DNA of 52,183 nucleotides from sequence record SRR2962707_1815. One strand, given 5' to 3'. Shown here one piece after another: positions 1-9,811 of this stretch (positions are counted from its first letter, which is position 1; the number at the start of each line of letters is the position of its first letter). The notes beneath the pieces are model-generated. The model saw only the letters and a program-made list of their open reading frames with translations. It was not told where the DNA came from and made no database searches. Position numbers and translations under genes: made by a program.

Positions 1-273
1 TATCTTCCATGGGGACCATTCTTTGGTGTTTTCGTGAAAAAAGGCACTCCTGAAGACGCCGTCGAAAAACTTCAAGCCGCGTTCCATACCGCAGCAGACA
101 GCCCTGATTTTACGGCGCTTATGAAAAAACGCGGTTTTACCATTTTGAATATCTCAGGTGAAAAAGCAGACCAATTCTTGAATTCTTATCGCTCAACGTC
201 GTCGTGGTTAGTCGATGAAGCGGGTTTCAGCAAATATTCTCCAGAGAAATTTGGCATCCCTAAACCGCAATAA
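1..273 (+). CDS. tctC: Tripartite tricarboxylate transporter substrate-binding protein (TctC/Bug family), 5'-truncated by the window edge
   Basis: Frame 1 is open from base 1 (YLPWGPFFGVFVKKGTPEDAVEKLQAAF...); Bug-like C-terminus; lies upstream of tctB/tctA. Confidence 0.8.
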   Translation, partial: YLPWGPFFGVFVKKGTPEDAVEKLQAAFHTAADSPDFTALMKKRGFTILNISGEKADQFLNSYRSTSSWLVDEAGFSKYSPEKFGIPKPQ

Positions 274-338
274 TTTTGTTTCTCTAGCGTGTGGGGTTAA
301 CCTCCCACACGCCTCGTTTACGCTCACCTGGGGTCATC

Positions 339-857
339 ATGTCCAGTCTGCTCTCTACTCAAAAAGTCCGTAAGCCCGGCGAACGCATTTTTTGTTTTCT
401 ACTGATCGTCTTTAGTGTTTTTCTTTTCTGGCAAGCCTACCAAATCGCTGGTTTTAGCTCGTTAAGCTCCTCTGGTGCTTTTCCATTAGCGGCGTCTGCC
501 ACCATGGTTATGGCGTCCTGCGTGGTGTTTGTGAATACCTTAAAATTACCTGCCGCAGAAGGCATCCAGTTTTTCCGTCACTGCCTTCCGCCTGTGGTGT
601 CCATCATTATGGCGATTATTTTGCTGTACGCAGTGGCCATCGAAAGTCTTGGTTTTATCCTTAGCAGCTTGGTTTTTTTATGCGTCTGTATTCAACTTCT
701 ATACCGTCGTAGTCCATTGTTTACTCTAAGTATTTCGATTCTCGCCCTGATTGTGGTGTACATTATTTTTCGCCTCGTTTTTCAGGTTGTGTTACCAGAA
801 GGGGTTGTGCCTGAGCGCGACATCATAGCCGCAATTACCACTTGGTGGAGTCACTAA
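339..857 (+). CDS. tctB: Tripartite tricarboxylate transporter small membrane subunit TctB
   Basis: About 4 TM segments and VF..VLPEG C-terminal motif; between tctC and tctA. ATG 339 preferred over GTG 291. Confidence 0.8.
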   Translation: MSSLLSTQKVRKPGERIFCFLLIVFSVFLFWQAYQIAGFSSLSSSGAFPLAASATMVMASCVVFVNTLKLPAAEGIQFFRHCLPPVVSIIMAIILLYAVAIESLGFILSSLVFLCVCIQLLYRRSPLFTLSISILALIVVYIIFRLVFQVVLPEGVVPERDIIAAITTWWSH

Positions 858-861
858 ACGA

Positions 862-2367
862 ATGGACGCATTTCACTTTTTCGCTACCTCTTGGGTGTCT
901 CCTGAACTGCTTGGCTTAACGGCCTTGGGCACATTCTTAGGTATTTATGTGGGCGCTATTCCCGGCTTGTCTGTCACCATGGCCGTGTCTATCCTGATTT
1001 CATTCACCTTCTCTTGGGATGTAAATAACGCCCTTTGCTTAATGGTTGGCGTCTACATGGGCGGCGTTTATGGAGGCTCTCGCACCGCTATTTTGTTAAA
1101 CATCCCTGGCGCACCTTCCGCCATTGCCACCGCGATGGACGGCTACCCATTGGCGAAAAAAGGCCTAGCAGGCGAAGCCATTGGGCTGTCTACCGTGATG
1201 TCTGTGATCGGCGGTTTTGTTGGTATTATCGTGCTGGCTCTGGCCGCGCCGACCGTCAGCGAATTCGCCATCACCTTCCAACCAAGAGACTATATGATGC
1301 TCGGTGTATTGGGCATTATGTTAGTAGGTTCATTGTCTGGAAACAGCTTGGCAAAAGGCATTTTCGCGGGGGCGCTGGGCTTACTGATTGGCACCGTTGG
1401 GCTTGACCCCATGTCAGCAGAAGAACGCTTTACTTTTGGTGTCGTCGACCTTTGGGATGGTATTAATCCTGTCGCCGTGATGATAGGAATGTTTGGCGTA
1501 TCTGAAGCCTTGCATCAGCTCCACCATATGAACAAGGCCGTCGTAAAACAGAAGATATCTCGTATTATTCCAAAGCTATCAGACATCAAAAAATATCTAC
1601 CGCTTAGTCTGCAAAGCTCTTTTATCGGTGTGATTGTCGGTGCTCTACCAGGTACCGGTGGCGACATTGCGGCGCTGATGGCCTACGACCACGCTAAACG
1701 CACCACGAAAGACCCTAAAGTTCCGTTTGGTGAAGGCGCAAAAGAAGGCTTAATAGCCCCTGAATCCGCCAACAACGCCGCCGTCGGAGGTGCTTATATT
1801 CCAATGCTGACACTAGGAATTCCTGGCGATGCGGTTACCGCGGTTTTCATTGGCGCCTTGTTTATTCATGGTTTGAATCCAGGGCCACTGCTAATGGTCG
1901 AACAGCCGCAGATGTTTTGGTTTACCGTGGGCAATCTCACACTGGCGAACATTTTCGTCCTGATCTTTGGCTTAACCGGCATCCGTTTATTCTCAAAAAT
2001 CGTCGAGTGCCCAAAAGGCATCCTGATCCCACTCATTTTCTTGCTGTCTATTGTTGGCGCGTATGCCATTAATAATGCCGTGATCGATATATGGTGGATG
2101 CTCGCCTTCGGCGCTTTTGGCTATTTTATGCGCCTCTATGGTTTTCCGGTTGGCCCAGTCATTCTAGGTGTGATTCTAAGCTCACTGACCGATGAAAACT
2201 GGCGACGTGCGATCCTCACAGAGAGTGGTAGCTTGGGCAACTTCTTTGCTCATATATTCACCAGCCCGCTTTCGAGCATCTTGTTTATGAGTATTGTCTT
2301 AATCTTTGTCTCGCAAACTAGCTTGTGGAAAAAACACCTAAAGCCACGTCTGTTGCGCTCTAAATAG
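862..2367 (+). CDS. tctA: Tripartite tricarboxylate transporter large permease TctA
   Basis: 501 aa hydrophobic protein with GAIPGL, ILLNIPGAPSA, APESANNA and PMLTLGIPG signatures. Confidence 0.95.
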   Translation: MDAFHFFATSWVSPELLGLTALGTFLGIYVGAIPGLSVTMAVSILISFTFSWDVNNALCLMVGVYMGGVYGGSRTAILLNIPGAPSAIATAMDGYPLAKKGLAGEAIGLSTVMSVIGGFVGIIVLALAAPTVSEFAITFQPRDYMMLGVLGIMLVGSLSGNSLAKGIFAGALGLLIGTVGLDPMSAEERFTFGVVDLWDGINPVAVMIGMFGVSEALHQLHHMNKAVVKQKISRIIPKLSDIKKYLPLSLQSSFIGVIVGALPGTGGDIAALMAYDHAKRTTKDPKVPFGEGAKEGLIAPESANNAAVGGAYIPMLTLGIPGDAVTAVFIGALFIHGLNPGPLLMVEQPQMFWFTVGNLTLANIFVLIFGLTGIRLFSKIVECPKGILIPLIFLLSIVGAYAINNAVIDIWWMLAFGAFGYFMRLYGFPVGPVILGVILSSLTDENWRRAILTESGSLGNFFAHIFTSPLSSILFMSIVLIFVSQTSLWKKHLKPRLLRSK

Positions 2368-2410
2368 CGCTCGCATCAAGACCGTCAGTTCGATAAAAAG
2401 GGGCTGAAAA

Positions 2411-2509
2411 TAAAGTGACCCCATAAAGTTGGACACTTTATTAACCGGCTAACAATGCCTGATTTCGGTACTCTACCGGAGTCAGGCCATTTAACCTCTT
2501 CTTCATCTT
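2411..2509 (-). mobile_element. IS3-family remnant: right inverted repeat plus the last ~22 codons of the transposase
   Basis: Minus strand reads KMKKRLNGLTPVEYRNQALLAG* (stop 2441-2443), like IS3/IS150 OrfB ends. It is followed by the IR-like TAAAGTGACCCCATAAAGTTGGACA (2411-2435). Confidence 0.8.
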
Positions 2510-2565
2510 CCCTAACAAAGTAGCTAAAAAACAATCTCGATTAGCTTGTTGACTTTCGAATCAAT

Positions 2566-2601
2566 ATATACGAAATTTCACATATGTTATTTTTCGGATA
2601 T
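2566..2601. promoter_or_regulatory. Putative ArsR operator (imperfect inverted repeat)
   Basis: ATATACGAAA (2566-2575) and TTTCGGATAT (2592-2601) are symmetric about ACATATGT (2580-2587), directly before arsR. Confidence 0.6.
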
Positions 2602-2605
2602 GTTT

Positions 2606-2941
2606 ATGAACCCTTGTAAGTTTTATAAGTGTCTCGCTGACGACACTCGTTTGAAGTCCATTATGCTGATCAAGCAAGCCGATGAAGCTTGCGTCTGTGA
2701 CTTAATGGCGGCGTTGGAACTTGATCAACCCAAGACCTCACGCCACCTCGCTGAGTTACGTAAATGCGGCATATTGCAAGACGAACGCCGTGGCAAATGG
2801 GTCTACTACCGCTTGCATCCTGAGCTGCCTGAATGGGCAAAAAACGTCATCACAGAGACCGCCAAGCATAATAAAGACTACTATCAAGCAGCATTGGTCA
2901 AACTATTAGCCGGTCAATCATCCGCGATTAATTGCTGCTAA
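2606..2941 (+). CDS. arsR: ArsR/SmtB arsenic-responsive repressor
   Basis: LADDTRL, EACVCDL metal motif, SRHLAELR HTH, RRGKWVYY wing; heads the ars operon. Start set at ATG 2606 (2600 also possible). Confidence 0.93.
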   Translation: MNPCKFYKCLADDTRLKSIMLIKQADEACVCDLMAALELDQPKTSRHLAELRKCGILQDERRGKWVYYRLHPELPEWAKNVITETAKHNKDYYQAALVKLLAGQSSAINCC

Positions 2942-2970
2942 AACGCCATTAAAGAATTTGGGAGAACCTA

Positions 2971-3690
2971 ATGTCAGTACTCGAAAGCCACTTACCAAAC
3001 ATCGACCATGAGCAACTCATCATCCCCAGCCATGAGCAATTTACCACCACGCCTAGCCGTCACAAACCACGTATTTTATTACTCTACGGATCACTGCGTG
3101 AGCGCTCTTATAGCCGATTAGTGATTGAAGAATCTGCGCGTTTATTAACCAGTTTTGGCGCTGAGGTGAAAATCTTCAACCCAAGCGGCTTGCCGCAACC
3201 GGATTCAGAAGACGAACAACACCCAAAAGTACAAAAACTTAGAGAGCTTATGATGTGGTCCGAAGGTCAAGTTTGGTGCTCACCTGAGCGTCACGGTTCG
3301 ATGACAAGCATTCTGAAAAGCCAGCTAGATTGGGTGCCTCTGAGCATTGGTAGCGTACGCCCGACACAAGGTAAAACACTTGCCATAATGCAAGTAAGTG
3401 GCGGTTCTCAGTCATTCAATGCTGTCAACCAAATGCGTATTTTGGGGCGCTGGATGCGCATGGTGACGATTCCGAATCAGTCATCCGTTGCTAAGGCGTT
3501 TCTAGAGTTTGACGAAGACGGTCGCATGAAACCTTCCTCTTACTACAACCGCATCGTCGATGTGCTAGAAGAATTGATGAAGTTCACTCTCTTGCTTCGC
3601 GATCAGAAAGATTACCTAGTCGACCGTTATTCCGAGCGAGTCGAAAGTGCTGAGCAACTAAGCCAGCGTGTTAACCAAAAATCAATATAG
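2971..3690 (+). CDS. arsH: Arsenical resistance flavoprotein ArsH
   Basis: [28 protein letters not shown] and [21 protein letters not shown] motifs. Confidence 0.97.
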   Translation: MSVLESHLPNIDHEQLIIPSHEQFTTTPSRHKPRILLLYGSLRERSYSRLVIEESARLLTSFGAEVKIFNPSGLPQPDSEDEQHPKVQKLRELMMWSEGQVWCSPERHGSMTSILKSQLDWVPLSIGSVRPTQGKTLAIMQVSGGSQSFNAVNQMRILGRWMRMVTIPNQSSVAKAFLEFDEDGRMKPSSYYNRIVDVLEELMKFTLLLRDQKDYLVDRYSERVESAEQLSQRVNQKSI

Positions 3691-3699
3691 GACTTAAAA

Positions 3700-4716
3700 A
3701 TGGGACTGTTTGAGCGTTATCTTACGATCTGGGTAGGGTTGGCCATTATCGTGGGCATTATGGCTGGTAGCCTGGTGCCTGATGTTTTTTCGGTCATCGC
3801 ACGCCTAGAATACGCCCACGTTAACTTCGTTATCGCGGTGCTGATTTGGCTTATGATTTACCCAATGATGGTGCAAATCGATTTTTCCTCCATCAAGGAC
3901 GTAGGTAAAAGACCCAAAGGCTTGCTGCTCACCTTAGTGATCAACTGGTTGGTCAAACCCTTCTCTATGGCGCTATTAGGCTGGCTGTTTTTCAAAATCC
4001 TATTTGCTCAATGGGTAGACCCTCAAACCGCCAAAGAGTACATCGCAGGCATGATACTGCTTGGCGTCGCACCCTGTACTGCCATGGTATTTGTCTGGAG
4101 CCAAATGACTAAAGGGGATGCTAATTACACCCTAGTGCAAGTCTCCATCAATGACGTGATTATGATTTTTGCGTTTGCCCCTATTGCCGGTTTTTTACTC
4201 GGTGCCACGGACATTCATGTGCCTTGGGACACATTATTACTGTCGGTTGTTTTGTATGTTCTGGTGCCCCTGATTGCGGGAGCCCTGACACGCAAAGCGT
4301 TAGACAAACAGAATGACCACTCACGGCTCGATGGTTTTTTACGCACAATGAAACCTTGGTCTATCGTCGGCTTACTGGCAACCGTGGTGCTGCTATTCAG
4401 TTTTCAATCGGAAACCATCTTGGCCAAACCTCAAGCCATTCTACTCATTGCCATTCCATTATTGATTCAAACCTATGGGATTTTCGCGGTGTCTTATTGG
4501 CTAGCCAGAAAGCTTAAACTGCCCCATTCAGAAGCTGCACCGGCCAGCATGATAGGCACGTCTAATTTTTTCGAATTGGCCGTCGCCGTCGCGATTTCCC
4601 TATTCGGTCTGCATTCAGGCGCCGCCTTAGCCACCGTCGTTGGGGTCTTGGTGGAAGTTCCCGTTATGCTTTCTCTCGTTTGGTTCGCCAATCGAACTCG
4701 TCATTGGTTTGCTTAA
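3700..4716 (+). CDS. acr3: ACR3-family arsenite efflux transporter
   Basis: [36 protein letters not shown] and [10 protein letters not shown] motifs. Confidence 0.97.
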   Translation: MGLFERYLTIWVGLAIIVGIMAGSLVPDVFSVIARLEYAHVNFVIAVLIWLMIYPMMVQIDFSSIKDVGKRPKGLLLTLVINWLVKPFSMALLGWLFFKILFAQWVDPQTAKEYIAGMILLGVAPCTAMVFVWSQMTKGDANYTLVQVSINDVIMIFAFAPIAGFLLGATDIHVPWDTLLLSVVLYVLVPLIAGALTRKALDKQNDHSRLDGFLRTMKPWSIVGLLATVVLLFSFQSETILAKPQAILLIAIPLLIQTYGIFAVSYWLARKLKLPHSEAAPASMIGTSNFFELAVAVAISLFGLHSGAALATVVGVLVEVPVMLSLVWFANRTRHWFA

Positions 4717-4740
4717 GAGCAGCAAAGAGGACTCAGCTTT

Positions 4741-5172
4741 ATGATAGTGATTCACCACAACCCAGAATGCGGCACCTCGCGAAATACGCTAAAGATCATT
4801 CAAGATGCTGGCATTACACCCGTTGTTATCGACTATTTAACGGAAGGGTGGAGCAGAGCGCAGTTATTGGCACTGTTTGCAGCAGCAGATTTAACACCCA
4901 AAACCGCCCTGCGCACGAGCAAATCTCCTGCGCAAGCGCTGGGTTTACTTGATGAGAAAATCACCGACGATGAGATTCTTGAGGCGATGCTTATTCACCC
5001 TATTCTCGTTAACCGCCCTATTGTCTGCTCACCAAAAAGCGTTAAATTATGCCGCCCCAGCGAGCAAGTACTTGATCTTTTAGACCTATGGCCTGAAGGG
5101 CCTTATTACAAAGAAGATGGCGAGATGATCCTAGATGAGCAAGGAAAAAAATCATTGAAAAAACAGAATTAA
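4741..5172 (+). CDS. arsC: Glutaredoxin-dependent arsenate reductase
   Basis: HNPECGTSRN active site, NRPIV and LCRPSE motifs. Confidence 0.96.
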   Translation: MIVIHHNPECGTSRNTLKIIQDAGITPVVIDYLTEGWSRAQLLALFAAADLTPKTALRTSKSPAQALGLLDEKITDDEILEAMLIHPILVNRPIVCSPKSVKLCRPSEQVLDLLDLWPEGPYYKEDGEMILDEQGKKSLKKQN

Positions 5173-5235
5173 TAGCGTTTTTTCATGTTTTATAGAAGAT
5201 TTTAGCGTTTTTTTTTAAGTGCTTTGTCTTAAACG

Positions 5236-5271
5236 AAAGAGACCGTATTGATGTCGATACGGTCTCTTTTT
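5236..5271. terminator. Intrinsic terminator between convergent arsC and aroQ
   Basis: AAAGAGACCGTAT...ATACGGTCTCTTTTT stem with T tract. Confidence 0.75.
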
Positions 5272-5293
5272 CATTAATAAAACAAAGATGATC

Positions 5294-5746
5294 TTAGGCT
5301 GTGAGCTTATGCACGAGCCCTTGGATCCCCAATGCGTAGCCTTGCACTCCCATACCAACCACAACCCCCAAGGCAACAGACGAAATATAAGAATGGTGGC
5401 GAAACGCTTCGCGAGTATGAACATTGGAAATATGCACTTCGATGACAGGCACATCAGCCCCTTTGATGGCATCGTGTAATGCCACAGAGGTGTGCGTATA
5501 AGCAGCGGGATTAAACACCACGCCTAGCACTTCTCCTTCTTTAATTCGACGACCCGCTTCATGAATATAATCAATGAGTGTGCCTTCATGATTAGATTGG
5601 CGAAAATCAATTTCATGCCCCAATGCTGCTGCGGTATCACGACACAGCACCTCCACATCAAAAATGGTTTCATGGCCGTACATTTCTGGTTCGCGAGTCC
5701 CCAACAAATTTAAGTTTGGACCGTTCAATACCATAATGGTAGACAT
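5294..5746 (-). CDS. aroQ: Type II 3-dehydroquinate dehydratase
   Basis: [36 protein letters not shown] and [17 protein letters not shown] motifs. Confidence 0.97.
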   Translation of the reverse strand: MSTIMVLNGPNLNLLGTREPEMYGHETIFDVEVLCRDTAAALGHEIDFRQSNHEGTLIDYIHEAGRRIKEGEVLGVVFNPAAYTHTSVALHDAIKGADVPVIEVHISNVHTREAFRHHSYISSVALGVVVGMGVQGYALGIQGLVHKLTA

Positions 5747-6116
5747 ACAAATTTCCTCAATAAGCTTAGAGTCACCCTAAGCAGTGCATTAAAAATACAT
5801 AAACTAAAAAGCGCACAGCGGAGATATTCAGGGTCTGATGCGTCATGCACTTTCCCTATACGCCATCAATTATAGAGTAAATGATCGACAGAGGGACAGG
5901 GTTAAACCCAAGTCCAAAGGTACTCTTTACGGTGCTATTCAACCCCATGCTGTAGCGGATTCTGTGGGGCTATGTGAGGCCAGCAAAGGCTATTTATCGA
6001 TTTATGATGGGTGGAGTAGACTATGAATATGGGCTATTTAATGCGATTCTATTATTTGAAAAATAGAGTGCTGTTTAAAAATATAAGTTATAACATAGAG
6101 CTAGAACAGACTAAAA

Positions 6117-6135
6117 ATGATAGTTTTCCTATCAT
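6117..6135. promoter_or_regulatory. Perfect palindrome ATGATAG-N5-CTATCAT, candidate operator
   Basis: 7-5-7 inverted repeat in the aroQ/ligR divergent region. Confidence 0.45.
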
Positions 6136-6171
6136 CTACCCTTTTTCATGTATTATTTTTTTATTTTTAGT

Positions 6172-6189
6172 TATTCGTTTTTGATATAG
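6172..6189. promoter_or_regulatory. Candidate LigR-type operator, copy 1 (TATTCGTTTTTGATATAG)
   Basis: 15/18 identical to 23051-23068 upstream of ligJ. Confidence 0.55.
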
Positions 6190-6222
6190 TATTTTCTATA
6201 AACAACATACAAGGATCGCACC

Positions 6223-7437
6223 GTGGAAATGCCAATCCCCAATTTACGTCACCTTAGAGTCTTTCTAGCGGTTACTGAAAAAAAGAGCATTACACGTGCT
6301 TCTAATAGTATTTTCTTGTCGCAGCCCGCCATCACTCAAGCCATTGCAAAATTAGAGCAACAATTAGGCGCGCCACTTTTTGAGCGCCACTCTGATGGCA
6401 TGTATCCAACTATTTCTGGGGAAGTATGGCGCAATCGAGTGTCGCGCGCGATCGAACATCTTCAGGTCGCGACCCTCGAAGTTGTTAAAGAAAACACGCT
6501 AAAAGACACGACGCCTAAAAATCTCATAGGCCTAATCAGCACCACCCAACTTAAAGCCTTAGTCGCTGTCTGCGAAGTGCAAAACTTCAGCATTGCCAGT
6601 CGCAACTTGGCGGTTTCTCAATCTTCGGTACATAGAGCGGCACGGGATTTAGAGCGTTTGCTAGGCGTCACCTTGTTCGAAAAAAACAGCATTGGCATAC
6701 TCACAACCAAGGCCGCAAGAACCCTTTCTACTGCCACCAAACTCGCGTTTAGCGAGCTGCGCCAAGGTATTTATGAAATAAACGCCTTACAGCGTCGCGA
6801 TGTGAGTACTATTTCAGTGGGCTGTATGCCACTCGCCAGAACCACGATATTGCCAAAATCTATTCTGCGCTTTAATGATGGCCACCCCGATGTAAACATC
6901 AATGTCACCGATGGGCCTTACCCCGATTTATTGCATCACCTACGTCAGGGCGATATCGATATGATGCTCGGCGCATTACGCTACCCAGCGCCAGCAGACG
7001 ACGTTATTCAAGAAGAGTTATGGGCACCTTCACTGTCGATTGTGGCTCGCAGCGACCACCCGTTAATGAAACAAAAAAACGTTTCTGCGCAAGATTTAGC
7101 CCAATATGCGTGGGTCGTTCCCGCTAAGTCCACCCCAACACGTCAGGCTTTCGAAGCGATTTTTAACGATGCTGGAGAGCCCCTACCAACACGCATTGTG
7201 GAGTCCAGCTCGCAAATATTAATTCGTGAATTATTGCTTGAAAGTGATCGACTAACCTTGATAACAGCCAGCCAGATTGAACGAGAAATCAATATCGGGT
7301 TGCTGAAAAAGGTTACTTTCCCACTAGAGCATACACGCCGCCCAATCGGCCTTTGTGTCCGTAAAAGCTGGCTTCCAACGGTAACCCAGTCTCATTTTCT
7401 CAGCATGCTGAGAAATGTATCTGATGATTTTAGATAA
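6223..7437 (+). CDS. ligR: LysR-family regulator with two HTH domains, LigR-like (protocatechuate 4,5-cleavage regulator)
   Basis: Two LysR HTH motifs (SITRASNSIFLSQPAITQAI; NFSIASRNLAVSQSSVHRAA) plus a substrate-binding domain; adjacent to ligC. Confidence 0.75.
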   Translation: MEMPIPNLRHLRVFLAVTEKKSITRASNSIFLSQPAITQAIAKLEQQLGAPLFERHSDGMYPTISGEVWRNRVSRAIEHLQVATLEVVKENTLKDTTPKNLIGLISTTQLKALVAVCEVQNFSIASRNLAVSQSSVHRAARDLERLLGVTLFEKNSIGILTTKAARTLSTATKLAFSELRQGIYEINALQRRDVSTISVGCMPLARTTILPKSILRFNDGHPDVNINVTDGPYPDLLHHLRQGDIDMMLGALRYPAPADDVIQEELWAPSLSIVARSDHPLMKQKNVSAQDLAQYAWVVPAKSTPTRQAFEAIFNDAGEPLPTRIVESSSQILIRELLLESDRLTLITASQIEREINIGLLKKVTFPLEHTRRPIGLCVRKSWLPTVTQSHFLSMLRNVSDDFR

Positions 7438-7640
7438 GAATAAAAAAGTAAGCATTGCAAAATTTGAATGTCTAATGCGGTTTATGGATTATCCCCTTTT
7501 TCACACCAATGCTAGATTGGTGAACAATGCAAAAGCCAACAAGCAAGGTGAAGTGTCAGGTTTATAAAGCGCATACCGTCATGACTCGTCTCCTGCTTTG
7601 GCTTTAATTCCCCTACACTCGCTCGCTCAGGAGTAGACTA

Positions 7641-8588
7641 ATGAGAATTTGTATCGCTGGAGCATCCGGTGCTTTTGGTATGAAACACATGGATGCGATT
7701 GCCGCTATTGAAGGCGCAGAGGTTGTTTCCGTTGTCGGCACCAAAATCGATGCAATTAAAGCGTTCGCCGCAGAACGTCAGATCCCACACTTCACAACGG
7801 ATTTGGCTGAGAGCCTAGCGCGTGATGATGTGGATGCTGTGATCTTAGCCACGCCAACACAACTGCATGCAGCCCAAACGATTCAATGTTTAGAAGCCGG
7901 CAAGCACGTGATGTCTGAAATCCCAATGGCAGACAGCATTGAAGATGCTCGTCGCGTTGTGGCGGTAAAAAAAGAAACCGGACTGGTTGCAATGGCAGGT
8001 CATACTCGCCGTTTCAATCCCTCTCATCAATGGATTCACAACAAGGTCAAAGCCGGCGAACTGACGGTTCAGCAAATGGACGTACAGACTTACTTCTTCC
8101 GTCGCTCTAACAAAAACGCATTAGGCCAAACCCGCTCTTGGACAGATCATCTACTTTGGCATCACGCTTGCCACACGGTCGATTTATTCCAATACCAAAC
8201 AGGCGAAACCGCCAGCAAAGTACAAGCATTACAAGGCCCTATTCATCCAGAACTTGGCATTGCCATGGACATGAGCATTGGCATGAAAGTGCCGGCAGGC
8301 GCCATTTGTACCTTGTCCCTGTCTTTTAATAACGATGGTCCATTTGGCACCTTCTTCCGTTATATCTGCGACCAGGGCACCTATCTTGCTCGTTACGATG
8401 ACCTTTATGATGGTAACGACCATAAAATTGACCTATCTGATATCGCTGTGTCTAACAACGGTATCGAACTGCAAGACCGCGAGTTTATCGCTGCGATTCA
8501 AGAAGGCCGAGAACCAAACTCTTGCGTGACCCAAGCCATTGAAGCCATGGAGACCTTGAGTCGCCTAGAGCAGTGCTTAGAAGACTAA
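7641..8588 (+). CDS. ligC: 4-carboxy-2-hydroxymuconate-6-semialdehyde dehydrogenase (Gfo/Idh/MocA family)
   Basis: GAFGMKH, EIPMAD, GHTRRFNPSHQW and RSWTDHLLWHHACHTVDLF motifs characteristic of LigC/PmdC. Confidence 0.92.
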   Translation: MRICIAGASGAFGMKHMDAIAAIEGAEVVSVVGTKIDAIKAFAAERQIPHFTTDLAESLARDDVDAVILATPTQLHAAQTIQCLEAGKHVMSEIPMADSIEDARRVVAVKKETGLVAMAGHTRRFNPSHQWIHNKVKAGELTVQQMDVQTYFFRRSNKNALGQTRSWTDHLLWHHACHTVDLFQYQTGETASKVQALQGPIHPELGIAMDMSIGMKVPAGAICTLSLSFNNDGPFGTFFRYICDQGTYLARYDDLYDGNDHKIDLSDIAVSNNGIELQDREFIAAIQEGREPNSCVTQAIEAMETLSRLEQCLED

Positions 8589-8601
8589 GCGGATCATTGC
8601 G

Positions 8602-8638
8602 ATAAGCATAGGGAGCGCCGGCTCCCTATGCTTATTTT
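8602..8638 (+). terminator. Long perfect hairpin downstream of ligC (terminator or stabiliser)
   Basis: ATAAGCATAGGGAGC-GCCG-GCTCCCTATGCTTAT, a 15 bp stem followed by a short T run. Confidence 0.6.
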
Positions 8639-8785
8639 GTTGCTCCATGAAATCATGAACAGTATGATAATTTTGCTCAAACGCCATTCTAAGCGCAAAA
8701 TACCCCCACAAGATAACCACGCACCTTGCTGATCACTACGCAGCAAAACGCGAGGGCCAACGGCTAGTAAAACAACGAGGTACCC

Positions 8786-9769
8786 ATGCCTAAACATCCC
8801 CATCTAAGCAACCCAAGCATCGGCTTAGGCTGTATGAATCTTTCCCATGCTTATGGCACGCCGCTGTCAGAAGACGAAGGCATTGCTGCGCTGCACGCTG
8901 CGTTTGAAATGGGTTATCGCCATTTTGATACTGCCACTCTCTATGGCGCAGGAAAAAATGAGTTATTGGTTGGCAACGCCTTACACGACCGCCGCGATGA
9001 GTTGTTTCTGGCCAGTAAATGTGGCATGGAAATGGAGAATGGCAAACGCGTCATTAACGGTCGTCCTGAAAACTTACGCCGCCAATGTGAAAATAGCTTA
9101 AAACGCTTACAAACGGATCATATCGATCTGTACTATTTGCATCGTATGGACCCAGATGTGCCAATTGAAGAAAGCGTTGGCGCGCTTGGCGATCTTGTTA
9201 AAGAAGGCAAAATTGGCGGCATTGGGTTATCAGAAGTGTCTGCTGAGATCGTTGAACGCGCCCATAAGGAATCGCCTCTCACTGCCTTACAAACCGAATA
9301 CTCCCTGTGGACTCGCAATCCAGAAATCGCCGTCTTAGCAACCACCAAAGCACTCGATATCACTTTTGTGGCGTTTAGCCCTGTCGCTCGTGGTTATTTG
9401 TGTGGCGAGCTTTCCGATGTCGCCAAGTTAGAAGAAAACGATATTCGCAGAACCATGCCGCGCTTTAGTGCAGAGAACTACCCAAAAAACATGGATTTAC
9501 TGCAAGATTTTCTGCTCATGGCAAAAGACATTGGCTGCACTCCCGCTCAACTTGCTCTGGCGTGGACGCGCACGAAAGAGGAACACATAGTGCCGATCCC
9601 TGGTACCCGCTCAATAAGTCACATGCGAGACAATTTGAGCGCAGGAACACTCACACTGGATCAAAAACAAATGACAGCCCTGGATGAGATGATCAATCAA
9701 GGCAAGGCATTTGGCGCTCGTTATAACGCGGCCCAACAAGCCGATGTTAGCACTGAAGAATTTGCCTGA
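8786..9769 (+). CDS. Aldo/keto reductase
   Basis: IGLGCMNLS, FDTATLYG, SLKRLQTDHIDLYYLHR, GLSE, EYSLWTR and PIPGT motifs. Confidence 0.93.
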   Translation: MPKHPHLSNPSIGLGCMNLSHAYGTPLSEDEGIAALHAAFEMGYRHFDTATLYGAGKNELLVGNALHDRRDELFLASKCGMEMENGKRVINGRPENLRRQCENSLKRLQTDHIDLYYLHRMDPDVPIEESVGALGDLVKEGKIGGIGLSEVSAEIVERAHKESPLTALQTEYSLWTRNPEIAVLATTKALDITFVAFSPVARGYLCGELSDVAKLEENDIRRTMPRFSAENYPKNMDLLQDFLLMAKDIGCTPAQLALAWTRTKEEHIVPIPGTRSISHMRDNLSAGTLTLDQKQMTALDEMINQGKAFGARYNAAQQADVSTEEFA

Positions 9770-9811
9770 GTTAGACCCGGTTACAACACGAAAAACCCAG
9801 TAAAAGTAACA

